Source of the DNA: Myxococcota bacterium | GTDB taxonomy: Bacteria; Myxococcota_A; UBA796; CAJQPC01 | Direction of reading: 5' to 3' | Assembly: GCA_036012755.1 (NCBI GenBank) | Contig: DASCPX010000002.1 | Span: 1 to 54,617 of the forward strand | Length of the DNA: 54,617 bases | Part shown: in pieces, positions 18,953-31,342 of the stretch | How positions within the stretch are numbered: the stretch's first letter is position 1 | How the letters are laid out: every line of letters begins with the position of its first letter | The notes under the pieces: generated by a model | What the model saw: only the letters and a program-made list of their open reading frames with translations | Told to the model about the DNA's origin: nothing | Database searches by the model: none | Program-made: the position numbers and the translations under genes

Positions 18953-19956
18953 TCCTGGCGTCGGTCTTCGGCTGCGCGGACTCGGATCCGCTGCTCGAGC
19001 CTGTGCGCGAGAGCCTGGCGGCCTACGAAGCTGGCACCGGAGCGCTCCTCTCCGGCCGCGCCGAGGTCGCCGAGGAGCACTTCGACGCGGCCATCGACAT
19101 CGACGGAGAGAGCGCCACGCTGCGGCTCTGGAGAGCGAAGGCCCGCGCCGAGCAGGGCGACCTCTCCGGTGCGATCGACGGTGCTACGGAGGCGCTTGGG
19201 CGCCAGCCGGGCTTCCTGGAGGCGCGCTACGATCGGGCGTGCTGGCGGAGCCGGAGCGGGGACCTCGAGGGTGCCGCCGAGGATCTCGCCGTTGCCCTGG
19301 AGGACCCCACCCTCGATCCGCTCTTCGTGGCACGGGACCCGGATCTGTCGGCTCTACGCGCATCGGAGTTCGGCGCGGTGGTCCCTCGACCGGAGCTGCC
19401 CGTGCACGCAGAGCTCGTCGAGGACGCCGTGTTCCTTGGCGGAGAGGTCGTCCTGAAGCTCGCGGTGCTGCATCCGGACGCGCTCAGAGTCGAGCACGAG
19501 GGCGCGGACGTCGGCGTGCTCGCGCTGCGAAAGGTCGTCGAGGATCGGACCGGTGACAACGCGCGGACGCGGACGGAGCTGCGCTTCGCCTGGACGGTCC
19601 TGGGGGCGGCCGAGGTCGCGCTCGGTCCCTGGAGAGTCAGCGCGGACGGTCTGCAGGGGGTCGCCGAGGGCGGTGTCGTCCGAGCGCTGGCACCCGCGGG
19701 ACATTCCCCCGATCTGGTTGACTCACTGGCAGACGACTGGGTGCTCCCGAGCGCCCTGGAGGAGGGGCGTGCAGGGTCCCGTCTCGTGGTGTTCGGAGAG
19801 CCCGGCGACCGGATCGAGTGGGCCGCCGAGCGGGTCGTCACCTATGAGATCCGCGAGTCGGGCCAACCGGTGAAGCTCGCCTGGTCCGGCATCGTCGCGG
19901 CGGGCGAGCCTGTCACCCTGGTGCGAGGTCGTCAGAGGATCGAGGCCGGGAACTGA
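18946..19956 (+). CDS. TPR-containing putative lipoprotein
   Basis: MLILASVFG|C start; TPR-like helices (ARYDRACWRSRSGDLEGA, RDPDLSALR); C-terminal beta-rich region. Confidence 0.75.
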   Translation: MLILASVFGCADSDPLLEPVRESLAAYEAGTGALLSGRAEVAEEHFDAAIDIDGESATLRLWRAKARAEQGDLSGAIDGATEALGRQPGFLEARYDRACWRSRSGDLEGAAEDLAVALEDPTLDPLFVARDPDLSALRASEFGAVVPRPELPVHAELVEDAVFLGGEVVLKLAVLHPDALRVEHEGADVGVLALRKVVEDRTGDNARTRTELRFAWTVLGAAEVALGPWRVSADGLQGVAEGGVVRALAPAGHSPDLVDSLADDWVLPSALEEGRAGSRLVVFGEPGDRIEWAAERVVTYEIRESGQPVKLAWSGIVAAGEPVTLVRGRQRIEAGN

Positions 19957-19960
19957 GCGC

Positions 19961-22900
19961 TCAGTCGCAGGTGTCGCAGCCGTCGTGCTCGCCGTCGGTG
20001 TTGCCCGAGAGGTCACTGGTGTCGCAGGTCGTCCAGGTGGTCGAACTGGAGCACTCGAGGCCGTAGCCGGTGTTGCCTGTCGCGCTGCTGCTGGAGAGCG
20101 TGACCTCCGAGAGGTCCTTGAGGTTCAGGCCTCCAGCGCCGTTTCCGATCGCGCTGAGTCCACTCGCGTCGAGGCTGGAGGGGTAGGCGTCGTAGGCGTT
20201 GCCGTCGCAGTCGCTGTCGATGCCGTGGGTCCCTTCGGCTGCTCCCGGGTAGCGGGTCGTGTCGTTGTCGTCACAGTCGCCGTCCGCGATCGAGTAGCCG
20301 TCACCGTCGCGGTCGCTCTCGTCGGTGCCGTCGTCGGCGATGCCGTCGCAGTCGTCGTCCGCGAAGTCCGTGCCCTCCGTCGCGTCCGGGTTCACGCTGC
20401 TGTCGCCGTCGTTGCAGTCGCCGCCGCCCGCCGACCAGCCGTCGCCGTCCCAGTCGCTCGCCGTGTAGCCCCAGCCCGCGTTGAACGACAGCTCCGTGTC
20501 GCTCAGGTCCAACGCAGATCCGACGGAGATGATGCCGTCTCCGTTGCCGCTGATGGTGGCGTTGGAGATCGCCGCGGTCAGGGTGTCGACGTCCAGCCCC
20601 GCGTCGCGGGCCCCACTCACCGCCAGCTCGTCCAGCCAGATCGTGCCCTCGCCCAGGCTGGAGCTCGAGACCAGCGCCATGCCCGCGCCGGAGTCCGGGT
20701 CCGTGATGCTGAGACCCTCCGCGACGAAGTAGGGCTCGCTCGTGGACCACTGCGCGTACACCGTACTGATCGTGCTCGTCGACCGGTCAGAGCCGCCCGT
20801 CACCTCGACGTCCTCGAAGTCGAGGTTCGACTCGGTTGCGTGGATCGCGTGGTAGTGCGCCTCGCTGATGTCCACGTCCGAGAGCTGCAGGGTGCAGGCG
20901 CTGCTGTAGAGCGCCACCCCGGAGCTGGAGTAGCTGTAGCCGCCGTCGGGCTCGCCATCGCGGGTGTAGGTGACGTCGATGGTCGCGGCGTCGACTTCGC
21001 TGATGCTGAGGGCCTCGGCCTCGACGGTCGAGTCGTAGCAGTAGAAGGCGTACGGGCCGCTGCCTGCGATGCTGTTGTTGGCCAGCTTGGCGTCGGTGCC
21101 GCTCGAGAACTGGAGCACGTAGCCGCGGGCGTAGTCGGTCCAGGTGTTGTCCTCGATGACCAGCTCCTCGCATGCCTGGGCGTAGAGGCCCTGGCTGCCA
21201 GTGCTGAAGGTGTTGTTCCGGACCTCCATCGGGCCACCGGAGACGCAGGCCAGATCGAGGCTCTCGAGGCTGTACTCGTAGCCGTACATCACCGGCTCGT
21301 AGTCGTACATCGAGTAGTAGCCACCGGAGACATCGGCGGTCCAGGCGTTCTCCATCGTCAGCTGGGTGTCCGAGTCGATGCTCAGCACGTAGTTCCAGCC
21401 CGCGGGCTCACCGGAGAGGCTGATCATGTCGCCCACGCCGATGCCGACGGTCGTGAAGCTGGCGTCCGGGTCGGTGAAGGTGGTGTCGCCCGTGGTGCTG
21501 TTGCCGTTGTTTCCCTGGCCGATGTAGCTCAGCGAGTAGGACTCGTACTCGAAGTACCAGCTTGCCTGGTTGTCGACGAAGGTGTTGTCTTCGACGATGG
21601 CGTCGCCGTAGTAGTTGGCGATGCCTCCGTAGTTCGGGCTGCTGGAGAGGGTCGAGTTGCGAACCTCGATCGTGGAGTAGATGGACCACAGGCCGACATC
21701 CGCGTGTCCCATGGAGGTGATGCCGTCGAAGCTCATGGCCGAGTACTGCCCGACGAGGCCGATGACCTCTGAGTCCAGGATGCCGCCTCCGGCCCAGTCC
21801 ACCTCTGAGTTGTTGAAGAACACGCCCCAGCCGACCTCGTAGTAGTCCTGGTTGACCAGGTCCGGGTCATCGACCAGGCGGAGGCCATCGACCGTGACGT
21901 CGGTGAGCGTCGCGGTCGCTTCGTTCACGTAGAGCCCGAAGCGTCCGGTGTTGGTGATCGTCACCGTGTCCATCTCGACTTCGATGTCGTCGTCGTAGGG
22001 CACCACCAGGAGGCCCTGGGCGTTGTAGCCCTCGATCTCGACGTTCGAGATCGTGGCGACGTCATTGGTCGCCACCGTGACCGCGCCACCGGTCCAGCCG
22101 TCCGGGTCGGTGGTGGAGAAGGTGAGCTCCGGATCCCCGTAGATGCTGCTGTTGGTGAGGGAGACCGGGTCGGACTGGCTCACCAGGTACATGCCCTGGG
22201 TCGAGGGGTTCTCCACCGAGACCCCGTCGATGTCGATGGCGCCGAACTGGGCGTACACGCCGAAGAGGCCGTCGCTGATCGTGTCGCCCGACATGGTCAG
22301 GTCACCCTGCAGGACAAAGACCGCGACGACGTTGTCGGCGAAGAGGTTGCCCTCTGTGATGATGCTGCCGCCGTCGCCGAAGAGGCCGAAGCCGTCGGAG
22401 ATCCCCTCTGTGGCGTCGGTGTACATCGTGGCGGAGATGGCGTTGTCGGTCACCGTGGCCACGCCGTCGTCGATGACGTGGACGCCGAAGGCGATGGGGG
22501 CGTCGAAGGTGTTGCCGCTGATGTCGGCCGTGCCGCCGCTGATCTCCACGCCGCCGTACTGAGGCGCCGTGAAGGTCGAGTTGGTGACCGTGATCTCGGA
22601 GTCCGTGGCCTTGATGGCCGTGTTGGCGATGTCCTGGTAGACGATGCTGTCGAGGACGACGCCGGTGGAGGCGTCGATGACGAGGCCGTTGCGCGTGGAG
22701 ATGAGGGTGAAGCCGCTCACCTTGACGTCGCTGGCGCCCGAGATTGTCAGCGCCGGCTCGTTGGTGGGGGCGATCCAAGTCAGGGCGCTCAAGTCGGTCT
22801 CGAACTCGCCGGGGCCGACGATGTTCACCGACTTCGTGACGGTCGCGGTCTGGTCGAAGGTGTCTCCGCACTCGGTGAGGTAGATGGTGCCACCTTCTTC

Positions 22901-23071
22901 GACCACCACGAGAGCGTCCTCCAGCCAGGCGAAGCCACGGTCTCCGACGAGGATGCAGCCTTCGTCGTAGACGACGGGCTCGGCGCTGTCGTCTGTCGGG
23001 TCACCGCTGTCGTCGTTGCCGTTTCCGGGACCGTTGTTGCAAGCGAAGATCAAGGGAAGAAGGGAGGACAT
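19961..23071 (-). CDS. Large acidic lipoprotein with right-handed beta-helix repeats and two putative metal-binding (MopE-like) motifs
   Basis: MSSLLPLIFA|C start; repeated ISGNTF/VEDNTF-type parallel beta-helix strands; two DxDGDG...DCxD...DxDCDG motifs near the C-terminus. Confidence 0.85.
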   Translation of the reverse strand: MSSLLPLIFACNNGPGNGNDDSGDPTDDSAEPVVYDEGCILVGDRGFAWLEDALVVVEEGGTIYLTECGDTFDQTATVTKSVNIVGPGEFETDLSALTWIAPTNEPALTISGASDVKVSGFTLISTRNGLVIDASTGVVLDSIVYQDIANTAIKATDSEITVTNSTFTAPQYGGVEISGGTADISGNTFDAPIAFGVHVIDDGVATVTDNAISATMYTDATEGISDGFGLFGDGGSIITEGNLFADNVVAVFVLQGDLTMSGDTISDGLFGVYAQFGAIDIDGVSVENPSTQGMYLVSQSDPVSLTNSSIYGDPELTFSTTDPDGWTGGAVTVATNDVATISNVEIEGYNAQGLLVVPYDDDIEVEMDTVTITNTGRFGLYVNEATATLTDVTVDGLRLVDDPDLVNQDYYEVGWGVFFNNSEVDWAGGGILDSEVIGLVGQYSAMSFDGITSMGHADVGLWSIYSTIEVRNSTLSSSPNYGGIANYYGDAIVEDNTFVDNQASWYFEYESYSLSYIGQGNNGNSTTGDTTFTDPDASFTTVGIGVGDMISLSGEPAGWNYVLSIDSDTQLTMENAWTADVSGGYYSMYDYEPVMYGYEYSLESLDLACVSGGPMEVRNNTFSTGSQGLYAQACEELVIEDNTWTDYARGYVLQFSSGTDAKLANNSIAGSGPYAFYCYDSTVEAEALSISEVDAATIDVTYTRDGEPDGGYSYSSSGVALYSSACTLQLSDVDISEAHYHAIHATESNLDFEDVEVTGGSDRSTSTISTVYAQWSTSEPYFVAEGLSITDPDSGAGMALVSSSSLGEGTIWLDELAVSGARDAGLDVDTLTAAISNATISGNGDGIISVGSALDLSDTELSFNAGWGYTASDWDGDGWSAGGGDCNDGDSSVNPDATEGTDFADDDCDGIADDGTDESDRDGDGYSIADGDCDDNDTTRYPGAAEGTHGIDSDCDGNAYDAYPSSLDASGLSAIGNGAGGLNLKDLSEVTLSSSSATGNTGYGLECSSSTTWTTCDTSDLSGNTDGEHDGCDTCD

Positions 23072-23258
23072 GGGAATCTCGGGACGCCGTGGGACCCGCA
23101 AGCGTATCCGGCTCCGGGGCGGTCTGGGAGCCCCGACGGAGCACGAGTGACACAGACCGCTGCACGGTGTGTCACCGAGCACGGGTAAGTGCCCGTAATC
23201 AGGTGGTTTCGCCTATGGAACGGGGCTCGCAACAAGAGAGAGCGAACCTTCGACCGGA

Positions 23259-23290
23259 GAACCCCATGAACCCCATGAACCCCATGAACC
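23259..23290. repeat. 9-bp tandem repeat (GAACCCCAT) x about 3.5
   Basis: GAACCCCAT GAACCCCAT GAACCCCAT GAACC in intergenic DNA. Confidence 0.85.
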
Positions 23291-23321
23291 GCGGAATCGG
23301 CCTGTTGGCCTCATCGGGCGC

Positions 23322-24872
<1,551 letters not shown>

Positions 24873-24976
24873 TGTCTCGGACTAACCGCCCAGCCGTTAC
24901 CTGTTGCCTGTTGCCTGCGGCCCCGAGTCCGGATAGCTGCGTCCGGCTACAGAACTCGCTTCCCGAAGAGGATTCA

Positions 24977-25252
24977 ATGGTTCGTCTCCGTCTGACCCGC
25001 TTGGGCGCAAAGAAGCGACCCTTCTACCGTATCGTCGCTGCCGACTCCCGCGCCCCGCGGGATGGTCGGTACATCGAGCAGCTCGGCTACTACGACCCGA
25101 TGAAGGACCCCATCGACCTCCAGGTCGACCTGGAGCGGGTCGACTACTGGCTCGGCACGGGCGCCCAGGCTTCCGACACCGTCGGCACCCTCCTCGCTCG
25201 CGCCCGCACCGCCGCCGACACCGACACCGCCGCCTCCGCCGAGGTGTCCTGA
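24977..25252 (+). CDS. rpsP: 30S ribosomal protein S16
   Basis: [37 protein letters not shown] before the ATG at 24977. Confidence 0.97.
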   Translation: MVRLRLTRLGAKKRPFYRIVAADSRAPRDGRYIEQLGYYDPMKDPIDLQVDLERVDYWLGTGAQASDTVGTLLARARTAADTDTAASAEVS

Positions 25253-25512
25253 TGGGCGCCGAAGAGCTGGTCGGTTTCCTGGTCCGCGGACTCGTCGACA
25301 ACCCGGACGACGTGAAGATCTCCACGGTGACGGGGGACGCCGCGAGCATCCTCGAGCTGCGGGTCCACCCGGACGACATCGAGCTCGTCAAGGGCACCGG
25401 CGGAGAGACCCTCCACCACATCAAGTCGCTGGTCTCCGCCGCTGCCGGGGACACGAAGGCCATCGTCGAGCTGTTCGAGGCCGATGCGACCGCGTCGGGG
25501 GACGAAGAGTAG
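25252..25512 (+). CDS. khpA: KH-domain protein (KhpA/YlqC), divergent
   Basis: LVDNPDDV...ELRVHPDD; canonical position between rpsP and rimM. Confidence 0.85.
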   Translation: MGAEELVGFLVRGLVDNPDDVKISTVTGDAASILELRVHPDDIELVKGTGGETLHHIKSLVSAAAGDTKAIVELFEADATASGDEE

Positions 25513-26014
25513 CCTCGCCGGCCCGGGGGAGATCTCCCTCGGCTCGGTCGTCGGCGTCTTTGGAAGACACGGCGAGCTCAGGATCCACCTGCACGATCGA
25601 GGGTCCGAGCTGCTGCACGGGGGCATGGACGTGACGCTCGTCGACGCCGAGGGTGCCCGTCGTGCTGTTCGGATCAAGACGCGCCCGGGGACGGGGGGCA
25701 GAGTCCTCGCGGCCGTGGGCGGCGTGACGACTCCAGAGGGCGCCCGCGACCTCATGGGCTTCGAGATCGTCGTCGAGGCGGCCCTGCTCCCCGAGCTGGA
25801 GGAAGGCATCTACTACCACCGGCAGCTCCTCGGGCTCGAGGTCGTCGAGGCCGGAGGGCGCGCGCTCGGGCGGCTCACCGAGATCCACGACAGCGGCCCG
25901 GTCGATGTCTGGACCGTCGTCGGCGAGGCCACCTTCCATGTGCCCGCTACCAGTGAGCACGTCCTCGAGGTCGACGTCGCAAGCGGCCGGATCACCGTGG
26001 TCGACGGCTTTTGA
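25484..26014 (+). CDS. rimM: Ribosome maturation factor RimM
   Basis: GVFGRHGEL and LPELEEGIYYHRQLLGLEV motifs; synteny. Confidence 0.9.
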   Translation: MRPRRGTKSSLAGPGEISLGSVVGVFGRHGELRIHLHDRGSELLHGGMDVTLVDAEGARRAVRIKTRPGTGGRVLAAVGGVTTPEGARDLMGFEIVVEAALLPELEEGIYYHRQLLGLEVVEAGGRALGRLTEIHDSGPVDVWTVVGEATFHVPATSEHVLEVDVASGRITVVDGF

Positions 26015-26694
26015 AGTTCTCGATCCTGACGCTCCACCCGGAGCTGGTGCGCTCGCCGCTGGACCACAGCATCATCAAGCGCGCGCGTGATGATGGACAC
26101 CTCACCGTCGAGGTCGTGGACATCCGTGAGCACGCCCCCGGCAAGCACCGCCAGGCGGACGACACCCCCTACGGTGGGGGCGCGGGCATGGTGATGAAGG
26201 TGGACGTCCTCGACGCCGCCATCGAGGCCGTGCGCGAGGAGGGTGCGCTCGTGCTGCTCGCCAGCGCCAGCGGACGCCGCCTCGACCAGGCCTGGGCGAC
26301 AGAGCTCGCTGTGCAGCAGCACATCGTTCTCGTCTGTGGGCACTACGAGGGCGTCGACGCGCGGATCGAGGAGTTCGTCGACGGGGAGTTCTCCATCGGG
26401 GACTACGTGCTCACCGGCGGGGAGATCCCCGCGTTGGTCCTCATCGAGGCCGTCAGCCGGCTGTCGCCTGGAGTGCTGGGCAACGCGGACAGCGCCGCGG
26501 ACGAGTCCTTCAGCCAGGGCCTGTTGGAGTACCCCCAGTACACCCGGCCCAGGCAATACCGTGGGCTGGAGGTCCCAGAGGTCCTCCTGTCGGGGCACCA
26601 CGCCCGCATCGAGGCCTGGAGGCGCGCTCGCGCGCTGGAGCGTACCCGCGCCAGGCGGCCCGATCTATTGGACGAGGAGTACGACGACAGTTAG
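26011..26694 (+). CDS. trmD: tRNA (guanine37-N1)-methyltransferase
   Basis: [36 protein letters not shown] and LEYPQYTRP motifs. Confidence 0.97.
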   Translation: MKFSILTLHPELVRSPLDHSIIKRARDDGHLTVEVVDIREHAPGKHRQADDTPYGGGAGMVMKVDVLDAAIEAVREEGALVLLASASGRRLDQAWATELAVQQHIVLVCGHYEGVDARIEEFVDGEFSIGDYVLTGGEIPALVLIEAVSRLSPGVLGNADSAADESFSQGLLEYPQYTRPRQYRGLEVPEVLLSGHHARIEAWRRARALERTRARRPDLLDEEYDDS

Positions 26695-26752
26695 GTGCGG
26701 CCGTCCCGCGCCGGTCGAGGCCATGTCCCCCGCGCGCGCTCAGGAGTCCAGC

Positions 26753-27172
26753 GTGGCCTACATGTCCCAGATCGAGCAGTCCCTGCTCTCTGACTCGCCG
26801 ACCAAGTCCGACAAGCCGATTCGCATCGGCGACACCGTGCGCGTCCATGTCCGCATCAAGGAAGGCAGCAAGGAGCGCATCCAGGTCTTCGAGGGCACGG
26901 TCATCGCGCGAAAGCACGGCGGCACGCGCGAGAGCATTACGGTCAGGAAGGTCAGCAACGGCGTGGGCGTCGAGCGCATCTTCCCGCTGGTCGCTCCGGT
27001 CATCTCGAAGATCGAGGTCAAGAGCCGCCACCGGGTGCGTCGCGCCAAGCTCTACTACCTGCGCGCGCTGCGCGGCAAGAAGGCCCGTCTCACCGAGATC
27101 AAGGAATTCCACGCGGCCACCGGCGAGAAGAAGCAGCGCCGCAAGAAGAAGAACTCGGAGCAGGCGGACTGA
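26753..27172 (+). CDS. rplS: 50S ribosomal protein L19
   Basis: [32 protein letters not shown] and [10 protein letters not shown] motifs. AGGAG SD before the GTG at 26753. Confidence 0.96.
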   Translation: MAYMSQIEQSLLSDSPTKSDKPIRIGDTVRVHVRIKEGSKERIQVFEGTVIARKHGGTRESITVRKVSNGVGVERIFPLVAPVISKIEVKSRHRVRRAKLYYLRALRGKKARLTEIKEFHAATGEKKQRRKKKNSEQAD

Positions 27173-27537
27173 GTCCGTCCGACTCGAAGCTCGCGGCCCT
27201 GCGTCGAGGCGCTGCCGCCGAGGAGGCGGTGGCGTCTCTGCTCTCTGAGCGAGGCTGGAAGATCCTCGACCGCAACTGGTCGGGGGCGGGTGGGGAGCTG
27301 GACATCGTCGTCCGGGATGGTGGCCGCCTTCGCATCGTCGAGGTCAAGCTGCGCCAGGAGGGGGACCTGGCGGGCATCGAGTGCGTCGACTGGAACAAGC
27401 TGCGGAGAGTCCGCAGGGCGGCCGAGGCATGGCTCCTTGGCTACGAGGACCTCTTCGACGAGGTCTGCCTCCTCGTCGCGATGGTCGAACCCACCGATGA
27501 GGGCTTCCGCATCGAGCTCTTCGACGACCCCATCTGA
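27169..27537 (+). CDS. yraN: YraN family protein (probable CTG start at 27169; first canonical start is 27229)
   Basis: [29 protein letters not shown] and VEVK motifs; sits between rplS and rsmI. Confidence 0.85.
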   Translation: MSPSDSKLAALRRGAAAEEAVASLLSERGWKILDRNWSGAGGELDIVVRDGGRLRIVEVKLRQEGDLAGIECVDWNKLRRVRRAAEAWLLGYEDLFDEVCLLVAMVEPTDEGFRIELFDDPI

Positions 27538-28370
27538 TGCTCCTGGTCGTCGCCACCCCGATTGGAAACCTCGCGGACCTGAGCCCCAGGGCCCGCCAGA
27601 GCCTCGCCGAGGCAGAGGTCATCGCCGCCGAGGACACCCGGGTGACCCGCAAGCTGCTCGCAGCCCTCGATATTCCAGCGCCGGAGCTCGTCAGCTACCG
27701 GCGAGAGGACGAACAGCGGCGTGCCGCGCGCCTGGTCGATCGCATCGCCGAGGGCACCCGGGTGGTCCTGGTGAGCGACGCCGGCACTCCTGCGATCTCG
27801 GATCCGGGGGTGCCGCTGGTGCGCTCGTGCCACGAGCGTGGCATCCCGGTGCGCGCGGTCGCCGGGCCCTGCTCGCCGGCTGCGGCGCTGTCCGTGGCTG
27901 GCCTCCCGACCGCGCCCAACCACTTCCTGGGCTTTCCGCCGAGGAAGCCAGGTCAGCTGCGCCGCTGGCTGAGGGAGCACGGGGCCCTGCCGGGGACGCT
28001 GGTGATGCTGGAGGGACCCCTGCGTGTCGCCAGGACCGCGGCGGCGATCGCAGAGGTGCTCCCCGATCGCAGGGTCGCGCTCTGTCGGGAGCTGACCAAG
28101 CTCCACGAAGAGGTGCTCGTCCTCGACGCCGCCGGGCTCGCCGCGGATCTCGTGGCGCGGGAGCGCATCCGTGGGGAGTGCGTCCTTGTGGTCGGCCCCG
28201 GCGAGGCCCCGGTGAGCGAGCGCCGCAGCACAGAGGCGACCGGCGATCTGAAGACCATCGCCGCGGCTCTCGCGGACCGCTGGGGCTGCACGAGGCGCGA
28301 GGCCTACCAGGTGCTCCTGAGCCTGGAGGCTGGGGAGCTCACTCGCCTGGAGTGCGAACCAGCACCGTGA
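27537..28370 (+). CDS. rsmI: 16S rRNA (cytidine1402-2'-O)-methyltransferase
   Basis: VATPIGNLADLSPRA, AEDTR, VSDAGTPAISDPG and RELTKLHEE motifs. Confidence 0.96.
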   Translation: MLLVVATPIGNLADLSPRARQSLAEAEVIAAEDTRVTRKLLAALDIPAPELVSYRREDEQRRAARLVDRIAEGTRVVLVSDAGTPAISDPGVPLVRSCHERGIPVRAVAGPCSPAAALSVAGLPTAPNHFLGFPPRKPGQLRRWLREHGALPGTLVMLEGPLRVARTAAAIAEVLPDRRVALCRELTKLHEEVLVLDAAGLAADLVARERIRGECVLVVGPGEAPVSERRSTEATGDLKTIAAALADRWGCTRREAYQVLLSLEAGELTRLECEPAP

Positions 28371-29358
28371 GCTCGGCTCCGGCCGTCACGCGGATCGTGT
28401 CGGTGCCCGTGTAGACCGGGTAGGGGTGCTCCAAGCGGTGGGGCATCACGTAGTGGGCGTCGCCGTAGAGGTCGATCCTGCCGTACTGGAACATGCGCCA
28501 GTAGAGCCCGAGCCCGGCGCTCACGGTGCTGTACTCCCCGACGGTCACGAGCTGGCCCTGGGTCGACTCCATCACCGTCGGCAAGTAGGTCCCGGAGGGC
28601 ACGTCTCCCCAGGAGCTGTAGTCGAAGCCGAGGCGGAAGTCGATGGCGAAGAAGGCGTTGGTGACTGCGTTCTCGTAGGTCTGGACCTCTACGCCGGAGC
28701 GCACGCCGAGCACCTGGGGATTGACGACCTCCAGGCCGTCTGCCGTGGTCACCCCCTGCCGCAGCCAGGTGAACTCGAGCCAGGGCTGGGACTGGCCGGC
28801 GGTCGTCGAGAAGGCGTTTCGAATCCGCAGCGCCGGCGCCCCGTTTCCGGCGCCCCGCGAGTCGCCGTCTAGGGTGTAGATGTTGCTCTTGTCTGGTGTG
28901 CGGAAGCCGACGTCGAGCAGCCATGTGCTCGCGTTGCCTCGGCGCGTGAAGGACTCGGAGAAGGGAGTGCCCTTGGCTCCCAGCCAGACCCCGCCGGAGC
29001 CGGAGCCGGTGCGCGTGACCGTCTCGCCGATCGGCTCGCCGTAGGCCATCGAGCCGAGCTGCCGGTTTGGATCGAAGACCACGGCGTTTGCCTCGGACCA
29101 GCTCCAGCGATCGATCACCCAGGTCGGCACGCCGAAGTAGACGGCTGCCCCCGGGGCGACGCTGAAGGTGGCGCCGAAGTCGATGACGTGGGCCTCGTGG
29201 AGGGCCCTGGCGACCTGGATGTCGCTTCCGTCGACTGGCTCCTGGAGGGAGCCTGTCTGTATGTCCGCGCCGTATGCGACGGTGATGTCCCCGCGAAGGA
29301 AGGGCGGGACGGTGGTGACGTCGGCAGCTTGGAGCGGCGCGATGAGCGCGAGCAGCAT
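28339..29358 (-). CDS. Hypothetical secreted protein, probably an outer-membrane beta-barrel
   Basis: Short signal (MLLALIAPLQA), alternating aromatic/Gly beta-strands, strong coding bias. Confidence 0.7.
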   Translation of the reverse strand: MLLALIAPLQAADVTTVPPFLRGDITVAYGADIQTGSLQEPVDGSDIQVARALHEAHVIDFGATFSVAPGAAVYFGVPTWVIDRWSWSEANAVVFDPNRQLGSMAYGEPIGETVTRTGSGSGGVWLGAKGTPFSESFTRRGNASTWLLDVGFRTPDKSNIYTLDGDSRGAGNGAPALRIRNAFSTTAGQSQPWLEFTWLRQGVTTADGLEVVNPQVLGVRSGVEVQTYENAVTNAFFAIDFRLGFDYSSWGDVPSGTYLPTVMESTQGQLVTVGEYSTVSAGLGLYWRMFQYGRIDLYGDAHYVMPHRLEHPYPVYTGTDTIRVTAGAELTVLVRTPGE

Positions 29359-29368
29359 GAGCGCGACC

Positions 29369-30739
<1,371 letters not shown>

Positions 30740-30844
30740 GCCCTGAAGCTAACCCGCATGACCTCGACTTTGCGGCGAGGTCTGCGACATCGAATAAGCT
30801 CGCGCATCCAGGTGTCGTGGACTCAGCCACGCTCGGAGATCTCG

Positions 30845-31342
<498 letters not shown>

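Noticed and set aside
30740..30844. Sigma54 promoter for the tlpA operon
   Set aside because: No convincing TGGC-N9-GC match was found despite the adjacent activator gene.
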